Shown here piece by piece: positions 1 through 8,812 of a DNA stretch of 45,755 nucleotides. How positions within the stretch are numbered: position 1 is the stretch's first letter; each line of letters begins with the position of its first letter. The DNA is from Bacillota bacterium (GTDB lineage: Bacteria > Bacillota > Clostridia > Peptostreptococcales > Anaerovoracaceae), in assembly GCA_022767945.1 (NCBI GenBank), contig JALENF010000078.1, forward strand, positions 1-45,755. The letters run 5' to 3'. Below the pieces are notes generated by a model, which was not told the origin of the DNA, searched no databases, and saw only the letters and a list, made by a program, of their open reading frames with translations. A program made the position numbers and the translations under genes.

Positions 1-522
1 GGAAAACCTACAGGACAGGTTCCGTCCGTTGTTGGTAAAATGTTTGATGAGGACTCTATTACAGCTTATCTTATGGCTAATAATTACGAACTTGGATCTG
101 TTACAAGTGAAGAAAGTGAGGAGCCGGAAGGCATGATTATAAGCCAGAACCCGGGCGCAGGTTCGGAGGCCGAAAACGGAACGCGAATTGATTTGGTTAT
201 CAGTAAGGGTTCCAGCAAAATTCCTGTACCTCTTCTGGAGGGAAATAATATTGAAACTGCAAAGCAGGCTCTCAGGGATGCAGGTCTGAAGGTTGGTAAG
301 GTTACTTATGAGGAAAGCTCAGTATATAAAGCAGATATTGTTATCAGTCAGAGCTATGCATCAGGACAGAAGGTTGACAAGGGAACAGTGGTTGATCTGG
401 TAGTCAGCAAAGGTGAGCCTGATCCGACACCTGAGCCGGAACCTGAACCTGAACCTGAACCTGAGCCGGATCCTGATGACGGAGGCAACGGTGATTCAGA
501 AGACACTGATGAAGCAAATTAA
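1..522 (+). CDS. prkC: Ser/Thr protein kinase PrkC/PknB, C-terminal PASTA repeats (5'-truncated by window)
   Basis: Frame is open from base 1 (GKPTGQVPSVVGKM...). PASTA-type motifs (VPxLxG, IISQNPGAG, VDLVVSKG) and a Pro/Glu tail. Canonical prkC-rsgA-rpe order. Confidence 0.85.
   Translation, partial: GKPTGQVPSVVGKMFDEDSITAYLMANNYELGSVTSEESEEPEGMIISQNPGAGSEAENGTRIDLVISKGSSKIPVPLLEGNNIETAKQALRDAGLKVGKVTYEESSVYKADIVISQSYASGQKVDKGTVVDLVVSKGEPDPTPEPEPEPEPEPEPDPDDGGNGDSEDTDEAN
415..474 (+). repeat. Coding hexamer repeat (GAACCT/GAGCCK) giving a (PE)n tail
   Basis: gagccggaacctgaacctgaacctgaacctgagccggat encodes EPEPEPEPEPEPD. Confidence 0.85.
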
Positions 523-533
523 GGTACACGTTA

Positions 534-1400
534 ATGAAAGGATTAATAATTAAAGGGATCGGAGGTTTTTACTATGTAAAAACCTCCGAAGGAGTTTATC
601 AGGCAAAGGGAAGAGGATTGTTTAAGAAGGAAGGGACAGTTCTTTCTGTCGGTGACTGTGTTTCAATTGATGTTTTGCCCGATGGTGACGCCGTAATCAA
701 CAGCATAGAACCGAGGAAAAACCATTTTATAAGACCGCCTATTGCAAATGTTGACTGTATAGTGGTGGTTTTTTCCGCGACAAAACCAAAACCGAATTTT
801 ACCATTATTGATAAGTTCCTGATAATGGCAGAGCAGAAGGGGATAGAACCTATAATCTGTATAAACAAATGTGATTTGCTGCCGGAAGACAAGGTAAATC
901 ATCTGGCGGATATTTATGAACCTTCTTATAAAGTTGTACGGACAAGCACGAAATCAGGCGAAGGCATTAACCGGCTGGAAAAGCTGATTGAGGGTCGTAA
1001 GGTTGCCTTTGCAGGTCCATCGGGTGTAGGAAAATCAACTATCACTAATGCTATTATTCCTGAGGCAAATATGGAGACAGGAAGAATAAGTGAGAAAACC
1101 AGCAGAGGAAGGCACACTACGAGACACGTGGAAATCTTTGAAACGAAGGGTGGCGGATATGTATTTGATACACCTGGATTCACATCCTTTGATATTCTTG
1201 ATGCAGATGAGGATGATTTAAAGGATTATTATCCGGAAATAGCCATGTTTACAGGTAAGTGCAGATTCGATAACTGTAGGCATGTGAAAGAGCCGGGGTG
1301 TGCAGTTATCGAGGCTGTAGAATCAGGTATAATAAATAAGCAGAGATATGAATCATATCTGCAGCATATGGAAGAGATTAAAAAAAGAAAAAAATATTAG
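534..1400 (+). CDS. rsgA: Ribosome small subunit-dependent GTPase A
   Basis: Circularly permuted GTPase (NKCD before GPSGVGKS, GRHTT, DTPG) and C-terminal Zn finger CRFDNCRHVKEPGC. Confidence 0.95.
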   Translation: MKGLIIKGIGGFYYVKTSEGVYQAKGRGLFKKEGTVLSVGDCVSIDVLPDGDAVINSIEPRKNHFIRPPIANVDCIVVVFSATKPKPNFTIIDKFLIMAEQKGIEPIICINKCDLLPEDKVNHLADIYEPSYKVVRTSTKSGEGINRLEKLIEGRKVAFAGPSGVGKSTITNAIIPEANMETGRISEKTSRGRHTTRHVEIFETKGGGYVFDTPGFTSFDILDADEDDLKDYYPEIAMFTGKCRFDNCRHVKEPGCAVIEAVESGIINKQRYESYLQHMEEIKKRKKY

Positions 1401-1422
1401 TTTATTAATGAGGAGAAAAACA

Positions 1423-2079
1423 ATGGGTAAAATCGCACCATCAATTCTATCAGCAGACTTTTCCAGATTGGGAGAACAGGTCGCAGCAATTAGCAGGGCA
1501 GGAGCAGATTACGTGCACGTGGATGTAATGGACGGACATTTCGTCCCAAACATCAGTTTTGGAAGTGCAGTGATGAAGTCATTAAACAAGCTTGAAACTG
1601 CACCTTATGATGTTCATCTTATGATAGAAAATCCAGATGCATATTTAGGAGATTTTGTTACAGATAAGACAGAATTTATCGTTGTTCATCAGGAGGCATG
1701 CAGACATCTGCACAGAACTGTTCAGAACATAAAAGCACACGGAGTAAAGGCAGGGGTTGCACTTAATCCTGCTACACCCGTTTCTGCGCTGGAATGTATT
1801 CTTGAGGAACTGGATCTTGTTCTTGTAATGTCAGTGAATCCCGGCTTTGGAGGTCAGAAATTCATACCAAAAGCATTGGAAAAGATTAAAGAACTCGATG
1901 CAATCAGAAAAGAAAAAGGATACGATTATGTGATCGAGATAGATGGTGGTGTTACGCTTGATAATATCAGTACTGTGAGTGAGGCGGGCTGTGATATATT
2001 CGTTGCAGGCTCAGCAGTATTTAAGGCGGAAGACCTGGAGAAGAGAATATGTGAATTTAAAAATGCTGTTCCGGAGTAA
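1423..2079 (+). CDS. rpe: Ribulose-phosphate 3-epimerase
   Basis: IAPSILSADF, HVDVMDGHFVPN, MSVNPGFGGQKF, DGG motifs. Start moved to ATG 1423 after RBS GAGGAG. Confidence 0.95.
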   Translation: MGKIAPSILSADFSRLGEQVAAISRAGADYVHVDVMDGHFVPNISFGSAVMKSLNKLETAPYDVHLMIENPDAYLGDFVTDKTEFIVVHQEACRHLHRTVQNIKAHGVKAGVALNPATPVSALECILEELDLVLVMSVNPGFGGQKFIPKALEKIKELDAIRKEKGYDYVIEIDGGVTLDNISTVSEAGCDIFVAGSAVFKAEDLEKRICEFKNAVPE

Positions 2080-2100
2080 CCGGAAACAGCATTTTTAAAT
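2055..2100. terminator. Bidirectional intrinsic terminator between convergent rpe and PBP genes
   Basis: atttaaaaatgctgttccgg-agtaa-ccggaaacagcatttttaaat, about 20-bp inverted repeat with A/T tracts on both sides. Confidence 0.8.
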
Positions 2101-2120
2101 TTATAGGTTTTTTTATCTAA

Positions 2121-5102
2121 TTAATCTGCGTCAGTATCTGAATCTGTACCAGGGTCATCGGGTTCAACCGGCTCAGGATCAGGCTGCACCGGTTCATCAG
2201 GTTCGTCAGGCTCGTCAGAATCCTGTGGATCTGATGGCTCAGGTTCAGGAACAACAACTTTTTTATCTGGATGAACCGGATATTTTTCAGGATTTGAATT
2301 GTGCAGATAGCAGTAATATTTTGGAACTTTTGTCATATCATAAATATCCATTTCTTCTACATTCTTGCACTCTGGAGTGGCAATGAATCCTGAATCCTTA
2401 CAGATTAAAATCTTTTTGGCAAGATCCTTTATATTACCTGTTCCGCCCTGAGTTCCACTTATATAGTATTCTCCTCCTGAACGAATAACATTCGAAGGCA
2501 TTGACTTATATGAGCCTTCTTTAGCTCCAGGAATCTGATCCATTATTCTTCCCCAAAGTCTGGCTGCGTAATCACTCATTCCTGTCAGTTTGAAATTCTG
2601 GTCATTTCCTATCCAGAGTGAAGCGGAATAGTTTGGTGTGAATCCGTCAAACCAGATATCCACTTCATTGTCTGTTGTACCTGTTTTACCACCTGACTGA
2701 ACACCTGAAATAGAAGCAGGTCTTCCAAGACCATTTGTTACTACTGACTTAAGAAGATCACACATAATCCATGCAACACCCGAATCAAGAACCTCAAATT
2801 TTTCATTTTTGGAATTGTTCAGAAGTACTTTGCCGGAATTATCTTCTACTTTTATATATGATGTAGTTTCATAACGAACACCGTTGTTAGGGAAAGTGGA
2901 ATATGCACTGGCCATTTCCAGAGGTGTAACACCATTTGTCATTCCACCGAGAGCAAGTGCAGCAGCATTCATATCATTGGTATCACCTTCCAGGTCAAGT
3001 GTTGTAATTCCATATTTCTTTACAAGTTCAGATGAGTATTCTGCTCCCACCTGCATGAAAATCTTTACAGCACATGTATTCAGTGACTGCTGAAGTGCTG
3101 TCCTCAATGTCTGAGGACCGGAGTAACCGCCACCCGCATTGTGTGGCCACTGTTCACCATTAATGGTTGTAACTTCATCGATAACGATTGAGCCGGCTGT
3201 CAGATAATTGCCCCAGTATTTACTTCCCTGTTTGTCTATCTTGAAATCAGTAAATGTGTGCTTCTTTCCTTCGGCATATTCTTCAGCACTCTGCTGAAGT
3301 GCTGCTGAATATACGCCGAGAGGTTTGATTGAAGAACCCGGCTGTCTAGGGTTTGTAGCCCTGTTATGGAGCTGTCTTCCCGAGGTTTTCCTTCCTCCGA
3401 CAAGTGCCTTAATATATCCGGATGAGTTTTCAACTATTGCCATCGCGGCCTGAGGCTGTACGACTTTCTGTTCGAGAGTGTACGCTCCTGCAGTGAGTGT
3501 TACCGTGCCGTCGTCATTAAATCTGAAGAAATCTTTATAGTTTTCATCGTTGAGGAACTCTGAAGAAATAACGATATTATCCTTAGAATCTCTAGATTTA
3601 TAGTTCTGTGGAACATTAATAAATCCGCCACTGATTGAACAGAGCTCGCCATCATCATACACATACATCGGCTTAAATTCCAGGCTGTAATCAATTTCAC
3701 CGTTTACCTCTGTGTCATAGAAGTTCAGACGTTTGCCGGTCTTCAGTACCAGATTACCGTCCTTGTCAAGTTTGGCTTCTGATTTCTTAAAGTTGAAATT
3801 TCCATCCTCGTCAAAGAAATTGTAGTAGTCATACAGTGCAATGCCGCCATAGGTATTCAGAATATTTCCACTGCTGTCCTTTGATGTGTAAAGGCTAGGA
3901 AAGTTACTGTTATCCTCAAACTCTTTTTCGACAACAGCCTGTGCAGTTGAGTCTAATGTTGAGTATATCTTAAGTCCGCCATTGTAAACTTTCTCAAAGG
4001 CCTTATCATAATCCCAGCCTTTTTCTTCCATAAGGTCATCGATTACTTCACTGATAACATAGTCAGCAAAGTAGGCTGATTTACTTGAAGATACATTATA
4101 ATTAGGTTTCAGGATCTTTCGAAGAGGCTTTGCAGAGGCTTTCTCATACTGTTCTTCAGTAATGTAACCCTGTTCCTGCATAAGTTTTAGGCATGTCATT
4201 CTGCGATCCTTGCTTGCTTCATTAGCAACCCAGTATCCGTCAAAGGTTTCCTTAAGAATATTTTCGTCATTCTTCTTTATTTCACCTTTGTTATAAAATT
4301 CGACCAGCTGATATGCAGAAGGAGCCTGAGGCAGTGCGGCGAGAGCTGCGCACTGAGCCAGCGTAAGTTTACTTACATCCTTGGAGAAATATGCCTGTGA
4401 TGCTGCCTGAACACCGCTGCTGTGATATCCGAAGCTGATAGTGTTCAGATATGCTAAAAGAATTTCTTCCTTGGTGAGATTACGCTCAATAATTATCGTG
4501 TAGTAAGCCTCAATTATCTTACGCCTGTAATCGTAATCGAACTGAGAATCCTTTAGATACAGGTTTCTTGCAAGTTGCTGTGTGATAGTACTTGTACCAC
4601 TTACTCTGCCTCCGTGAATAATCTTGTCTTTTATTGCTCCAACTATTCTGACAAAGTTAAATCCGTGATGTTTCCAGAAGGTCTTGTCCTCCAGTGCAAC
4701 CACCGCATTGATAAGGTTTTCCGGAAGCTCGTCGTATTCTACGTTTTCTCTGTTAGACTCAGAGTAGACTGTATCAATCTCCTTGCCGTCCTCATCATAA
4801 ATAACAGTGCTTTCCGAGAGCAGCTCATACAGATTGTCCGGATCAATATCAGGGGCACCTGCAATAGTCTTTACAACAAACACTCCCAAAGCGGCACACA
4901 TTATTATACCTATACAGAAAAGCACCAGAATAACTTTCTTGAAGGTTCCGTGTTTTTTACTTCCCTTCTTTTTCTTGTTTTTTGCCGGTGCATCAATAAC
5001 CGCCTGCTCAGAGACAACGGCCGCATCTGCTACACTGTTTGCTCCCTGGGCATGCTTTCCTTTAGGTTTAAATAATCCCTTTTTCTTATTATTGCTGCGC
5101 AT
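2121..5102 (-). CDS. Class A penicillin-binding protein (PBP1A-type transglycosylase/transpeptidase)
   Basis: N-terminal TM helix. GT51 motifs EDKTFWKHHG and GTSTITQQLARN. Transpeptidase motifs SSIK, SLN, KTGT. Start moved to ATG 5102 (RBS GAAAGGG). Confidence 0.93.
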   Translation of the reverse strand: MRSNNKKKGLFKPKGKHAQGANSVADAAVVSEQAVIDAPAKNKKKKGSKKHGTFKKVILVLFCIGIIMCAALGVFVVKTIAGAPDIDPDNLYELLSESTVIYDEDGKEIDTVYSESNRENVEYDELPENLINAVVALEDKTFWKHHGFNFVRIVGAIKDKIIHGGRVSGTSTITQQLARNLYLKDSQFDYDYRRKIIEAYYTIIIERNLTKEEILLAYLNTISFGYHSSGVQAASQAYFSKDVSKLTLAQCAALAALPQAPSAYQLVEFYNKGEIKKNDENILKETFDGYWVANEASKDRRMTCLKLMQEQGYITEEQYEKASAKPLRKILKPNYNVSSSKSAYFADYVISEVIDDLMEEKGWDYDKAFEKVYNGGLKIYSTLDSTAQAVVEKEFEDNSNFPSLYTSKDSSGNILNTYGGIALYDYYNFFDEDGNFNFKKSEAKLDKDGNLVLKTGKRLNFYDTEVNGEIDYSLEFKPMYVYDDGELCSISGGFINVPQNYKSRDSKDNIVISSEFLNDENYKDFFRFNDDGTVTLTAGAYTLEQKVVQPQAAMAIVENSSGYIKALVGGRKTSGRQLHNRATNPRQPGSSIKPLGVYSAALQQSAEEYAEGKKHTFTDFKIDKQGSKYWGNYLTAGSIVIDEVTTINGEQWPHNAGGGYSGPQTLRTALQQSLNTCAVKIFMQVGAEYSSELVKKYGITTLDLEGDTNDMNAAALALGGMTNGVTPLEMASAYSTFPNNGVRYETTSYIKVEDNSGKVLLNNSKNEKFEVLDSGVAWIMCDLLKSVVTNGLGRPASISGVQSGGKTGTTDNEVDIWFDGFTPNYSASLWIGNDQNFKLTGMSDYAARLWGRIMDQIPGAKEGSYKSMPSNVIRSGGEYYISGTQGGTGNIKDLAKKILICKDSGFIATPECKNVEEMDIYDMTKVPKYYCYLHNSNPEKYPVHPDKKVVVPEPEPSDPQDSDEPDEPDEPVQPDPEPVEPDDPGTDSDTDAD

Positions 5103-5203
5103 ATATTCTACCCTTTCATTAAAACAATAAAATCTATTCAATTATACCATAGATGACCAGAAATAGTAACACTATTTACTATAATATATTGTCTCACATC
5201 TTA

Positions 5204-5232
5204 TTTACAAATGAACACAAAAATGTTATATT
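5204..5232 (+). promoter_or_regulatory. SigA-type promoter of comEC
   Basis: TTTACA-17 bp-TATATT with extended TG at 5224-5225. Confidence 0.55.
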
Positions 5233-7344
5233 ATGGAAATGAGAAGAAAGCTATTTATTTATGTACTTCTGTTTGTGGCAGGAATATCCGCAATGTATCT
5301 TTACCAGTATAGAGTCGAAAACGGACCTATGGAGTATTATGTTGGAAGTGAGACTGAATGTCTGGGTCAGGTCGTGCAGATTGAGAAGAGGGATGAAAAA
5401 TACAGTATTGTAGTAAAAACAGATTACGGCAGTATTCTTTGTTCCTATTATGGCAAAATCAATGATTATAAACGTACGTTTCGCCAGCATGTTCGTTTTA
5501 TGGGTCTGATTGAAAAACCTGAGCCCACAGGTAATCCGCGAACCTTTGATTACTCTATCTACCTTAAATCAAGAGGAATCCACTATATCTGTTCACCTAG
5601 ATACATGAATTTTTATGATAACTCTATAAGCTATTATGATAGATTCAGAAGATGGATATTCCTGACAAGAGAGGATTTTATTGAGAAACTGGACGTCGAT
5701 GATGAAACAGAGGGTATTATCAGGGGAGTGCTGTTTGGTGATACCAATGAGCTTGATGATGAAGTGTACGAGGATTTTAGAAAGAACTCTACAGCACATG
5801 TTCTTGCCGTAAGTGGTCTTCATGTCGGCGTACTCTTTGGTTTATTCAGTATAATAAGGAAAAGGAGAAATACCTTTTCTATTACTGTAATTTTTGTTGT
5901 GTTTACATTTGTATACGGGTGTGCAACTCTATGGTCTGTTTCAGTAATCAGAGCAACCGTTCTTATGTATATAATGCTTTTTGGCAGCTATATAGACCGG
6001 CGGTATGATCTGATCACTGCCGCAGCTCTTGTTGCCGCTGTTTTTGCAGCAATCAATCCGTATATTATTTTTGGAGCGGGGTTTCAGATGTCATTTCTCG
6101 CAGTCTTATCTATCGCTTTTCTGACGCCGGTTACGGAGAGGCTGCTGCCTCTGACCCTCGCCGGAGCATTTTCGGTACAGATGGGCATGATTCCATACAT
6201 GATTTACAGCTTCAATGGTATTTCACTGGCAGGTGTGGCGGTTAACGTTCCTGTGGTTTTTCTGATTTCTGTACTGGTACCTGCAGGCGTATTAAGTTTT
6301 TTTCTGTTTGCTGTCTCGGGAATCGTAATTCCGATTATTCCTGCAGTTCTCGGCCTCTTGTCAAAACTCACTGTATTTACAAACCATCTGTTCGCAGAAA
6401 AGGATTTTCTATACATAAGTCTTCCGTCCATGAAGCTCGGGATGCTGATACTAATCTATGGATTCATGTTTTTCTGTGTTTCGGAGTATTTTCAGGTGCA
6501 TGTAAAACGAAGACAGTTCAAAAAGGTATTTGTCCCTCTGGCACTTATTATTGCAGTTTCTGCAGGAGTATGGCAGGCAGACAGAACACCCTTTGACAAA
6601 GCAGACGTCGTTTTTCTTGATGTTGGTCAGGGTGATTCTGTCCATATCAAAGCTGACAAAGCGCGAAATATTCTTATCGACGGCGGTGGAAGCGTCAATT
6701 ACGACGTGGGAAACAAGGTGCTGAAGCCCTATCTGCTGAAAAACGGATATGGAAAGATTGATCTTGCGCTTGCTACTCATCTTCATACAGATCATTATCT
6801 GGGGCTTCAGCAGCTTTCTGAAAGTTTTGATATAAAAAAAATCATAACGGAAGGGAAGGCGGGCGATGTCATACGTTTGAACGAAAACAGCAGCATACAT
6901 ATATTATGGCCTGAAGAATGTAACTCTGAAAGCGATGATGAAAACCTGAACAGTCTGATATTCAAGGTGACCCTTGATAATGTGTCGGTTTTGATAACCG
7001 GTGATATTACTGAGGAGGGAGAAAAAATGCTGGTAAGTAAATATGCCGGAACGGACGCACTGAAAGCTGACGTGCTGAAGGTGGCTCATCATGGAAGCTC
7101 TTACAGCAGCTGTGACGCATTTATCGATGCCGTAAACCCGAAGGTGGCGGTAATCTCTGTCGGAAAAAACAATTACGGGCATCCCGGTCAGGATGTAATT
7201 GAAAAACTTCAGGAAAAAGGTATAATGGTATTCAGGACTGACCTTGACGGGGCAGTCGGCATTATCAGGAAAGGTGACGGTTTTTCAGTATGTACAAAAA
7301 TAAACCGGAAAAGCACGCATTTCAGGTCTTCGCTGAGGACATGA
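5233..7344 (+). CDS. comEC: DNA uptake channel ComEC/Rec2 (start may be ATG 5239)
   Basis: HVLAVSGLHVG competence domain, GFQMSF, C-terminal MBL domain (DVGQGDS, THLHTDH, KVAHHGS, YGHP). Located upstream of holA. Confidence 0.93.
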   Translation: MEMRRKLFIYVLLFVAGISAMYLYQYRVENGPMEYYVGSETECLGQVVQIEKRDEKYSIVVKTDYGSILCSYYGKINDYKRTFRQHVRFMGLIEKPEPTGNPRTFDYSIYLKSRGIHYICSPRYMNFYDNSISYYDRFRRWIFLTREDFIEKLDVDDETEGIIRGVLFGDTNELDDEVYEDFRKNSTAHVLAVSGLHVGVLFGLFSIIRKRRNTFSITVIFVVFTFVYGCATLWSVSVIRATVLMYIMLFGSYIDRRYDLITAAALVAAVFAAINPYIIFGAGFQMSFLAVLSIAFLTPVTERLLPLTLAGAFSVQMGMIPYMIYSFNGISLAGVAVNVPVVFLISVLVPAGVLSFFLFAVSGIVIPIIPAVLGLLSKLTVFTNHLFAEKDFLYISLPSMKLGMLILIYGFMFFCVSEYFQVHVKRRQFKKVFVPLALIIAVSAGVWQADRTPFDKADVVFLDVGQGDSVHIKADKARNILIDGGGSVNYDVGNKVLKPYLLKNGYGKIDLALATHLHTDHYLGLQQLSESFDIKKIITEGKAGDVIRLNENSSIHILWPEECNSESDDENLNSLIFKVTLDNVSVLITGDITEEGEKMLVSKYAGTDALKADVLKVAHHGSSYSSCDAFIDAVNPKVAVISVGKNNYGHPGQDVIEKLQEKGIMVFRTDLDGAVGIIRKGDGFSVCTKINRKSTHFRSSLRT
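7199..7226 (+). promoter_or_regulatory. Internal SigA-type promoter for holA inside comEC
   Basis: TTGAAA-16 bp-TATAAT, 63 bp before the holA ATG. Confidence 0.55.
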
Positions 7345-8339
7345 AGCTGAATAATATAAAAAATGTCAATCTGATGTATGGCGTTGAACAGTATCTGGTT
7401 AAATGGGCTGTGGAAGCTCTGGTGAAAAAATACGTCAATCCGTCATGCAGGTCTATGGATTATCTTATTATTGATGACGAGAACTCGTCTGTAAATCGTA
7501 TAATTGAGGCATGTGAAACCTTTTCCATGTTTTCTGAGAAAAGGGTAGTGTGGGTGCGTGACTTCAGACCGCTTACAAGTGACAGCACAAGAGGCTATGG
7601 CAAAGCCGATATTGAACGCCTGTGTGAATACATAGAGTCGCCAAATGAGGGAACTGTGGTAGTTTTCTCTGCTGAGGAAATTAAAGACAGTGCTTCAATG
7701 ACAAAGGCTCTGAAGAAGAATGGAAGAACCTACGATTTTGCCCCTCTTGGTAAAAGTGAACTGATTTCTTTTGCAAGAAAGAGATTTAAAGCGGCAGGAG
7801 TTGATGCGAGTCCGAGAATTATAAATCTTCTGATAGATGCGACAGGATACAATAATCGAGAGAGCGACTACAGGCTGTTCAACTTTGAAAATGACATTGC
7901 CAAGATTATCGCTGTCAGTGACGGATTGGAAATAAGGGAACATGATATCGAACAGGCAGTCAGTGGAGATATGGACACTTTTGTGTTCGATATGCTGGAC
8001 GGAATAAGCAATAATCAGAAGGACAGGGCATTTGCTGTCCTGTATAACATGCTTCACTCAGGGGCAGACAGCTTTTCTATAATAGGGGCAATAGTATCTC
8101 ATTTTGAACTTATGCTGTCAGTGAAACAGTTAAGAGATGACGGCATGGATCTGAAGTCAATTCACAGCAGACTCGGGGGAAGCGAATACAGGATAAAGAA
8201 AATGATTCCGTATACTAACCGCTATTCAGCAGACAAGCTGAAAAAAGTTCTTTCGAATATTTATGAAGTGGACAGAAACATTAAGACGGGTGTTCTTTCT
8301 GACCAGATGGCACTGGAAATGTTTATTGCCCGTATGTAA
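7290..8339 (+). CDS. holA: DNA polymerase III subunit delta
   Basis: YGVEQYL, ETFSMFSEKRVV and C-terminal DRNIKTG motifs. Conserved comEC-holA order. Confidence 0.88.
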   Translation: MYKNKPEKHAFQVFAEDMKLNNIKNVNLMYGVEQYLVKWAVEALVKKYVNPSCRSMDYLIIDDENSSVNRIIEACETFSMFSEKRVVWVRDFRPLTSDSTRGYGKADIERLCEYIESPNEGTVVVFSAEEIKDSASMTKALKKNGRTYDFAPLGKSELISFARKRFKAAGVDASPRIINLLIDATGYNNRESDYRLFNFENDIAKIIAVSDGLEIREHDIEQAVSGDMDTFVFDMLDGISNNQKDRAFAVLYNMLHSGADSFSIIGAIVSHFELMLSVKQLRDDGMDLKSIHSRLGGSEYRIKKMIPYTNRYSADKLKKVLSNIYEVDRNIKTGVLSDQMALEMFIARM

Positions 8340-8369
8340 TAAGAATGCATAAAAAACTGTACGTACAGT

Positions 8370-8402
8370 AAGGGCGTGGATATTTATTCACACCCTTTTT
8401 TT
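8370..8402 (+). terminator. Intrinsic terminator after holA
   Basis: aagggcgtggata-tt-tattcacaccctt followed by a T run. Confidence 0.7.
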
Positions 8403-8622
8403 ATGGAAAAAAATTACTTGGAATTTAATAGAAATCATGCGACGATCTGTGGATAACTTATGTATTGACAAATATATATGAACGTGTATGCGTTGAATTT
8501 AAAGGAATACAAGGATTACAGTTATCCACATGATGTTGTGGAATAAATTGTATACAATTTGAAGGATTTTGTGAAGAAGGTGTGCGAAGCTTTAAAAATA
8601 GAGGATTGAGGAGTGTGGAAAA
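8384..8622. promoter_or_regulatory. Cluster of DnaA boxes
   Basis: Perfect TGTGGATAA (8448) and TTATCCACA (8522), plus TTATTCACA (8384), TGTGGAAAA (8614), TGTGAAGAA (8570), TGTGGAATA (8537). Confidence 0.7.
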
Positions 8623-8742
8623 GTTGACGGGAAATGATAGGATATCCTACTGAAGAAAAGAATATATAAAAAATATTTAAAATATTTATTATGAAAAAAT
8701 TGTTGTAAACCAACAAAAAAATTAAAATATTCTGTATACATC

Positions 8743-8781
8743 CATAATTGTACTTTTATATGTACAATTATGTGCTATAAT
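8743..8781 (+). promoter_or_regulatory. Palindromic operator and extended -10 of the hydrogenase operon
   Basis: CATAATTGTAC-N8-GTACAATTATG (8743-8772) directly abutting TGcTATAAT (8773-8781). Confidence 0.6.
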
Positions 8782-8812
8782 TAGCATAGGAAAATTTTTG
8801 GAGGTTAGGAAC

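Noticed and set aside
8522-8716. 64-aa minus-strand ORF
   Set aside because: Low-complexity translation of an AT-rich regulatory region, with no RBS or motif.
8695-8770. Canonical Rex operator
   Set aside because: The TTGT...ACAA elements span 17 and 20 bp rather than 18. Reported only as an unknown operator.
8340-8800. Chromosomal oriC
   Set aside because: No dnaA/dnaN/gidA/rpmH neighbours, no gene-strand switch and no clear DnaA-trio run. Kept only as a DnaA-box cluster.
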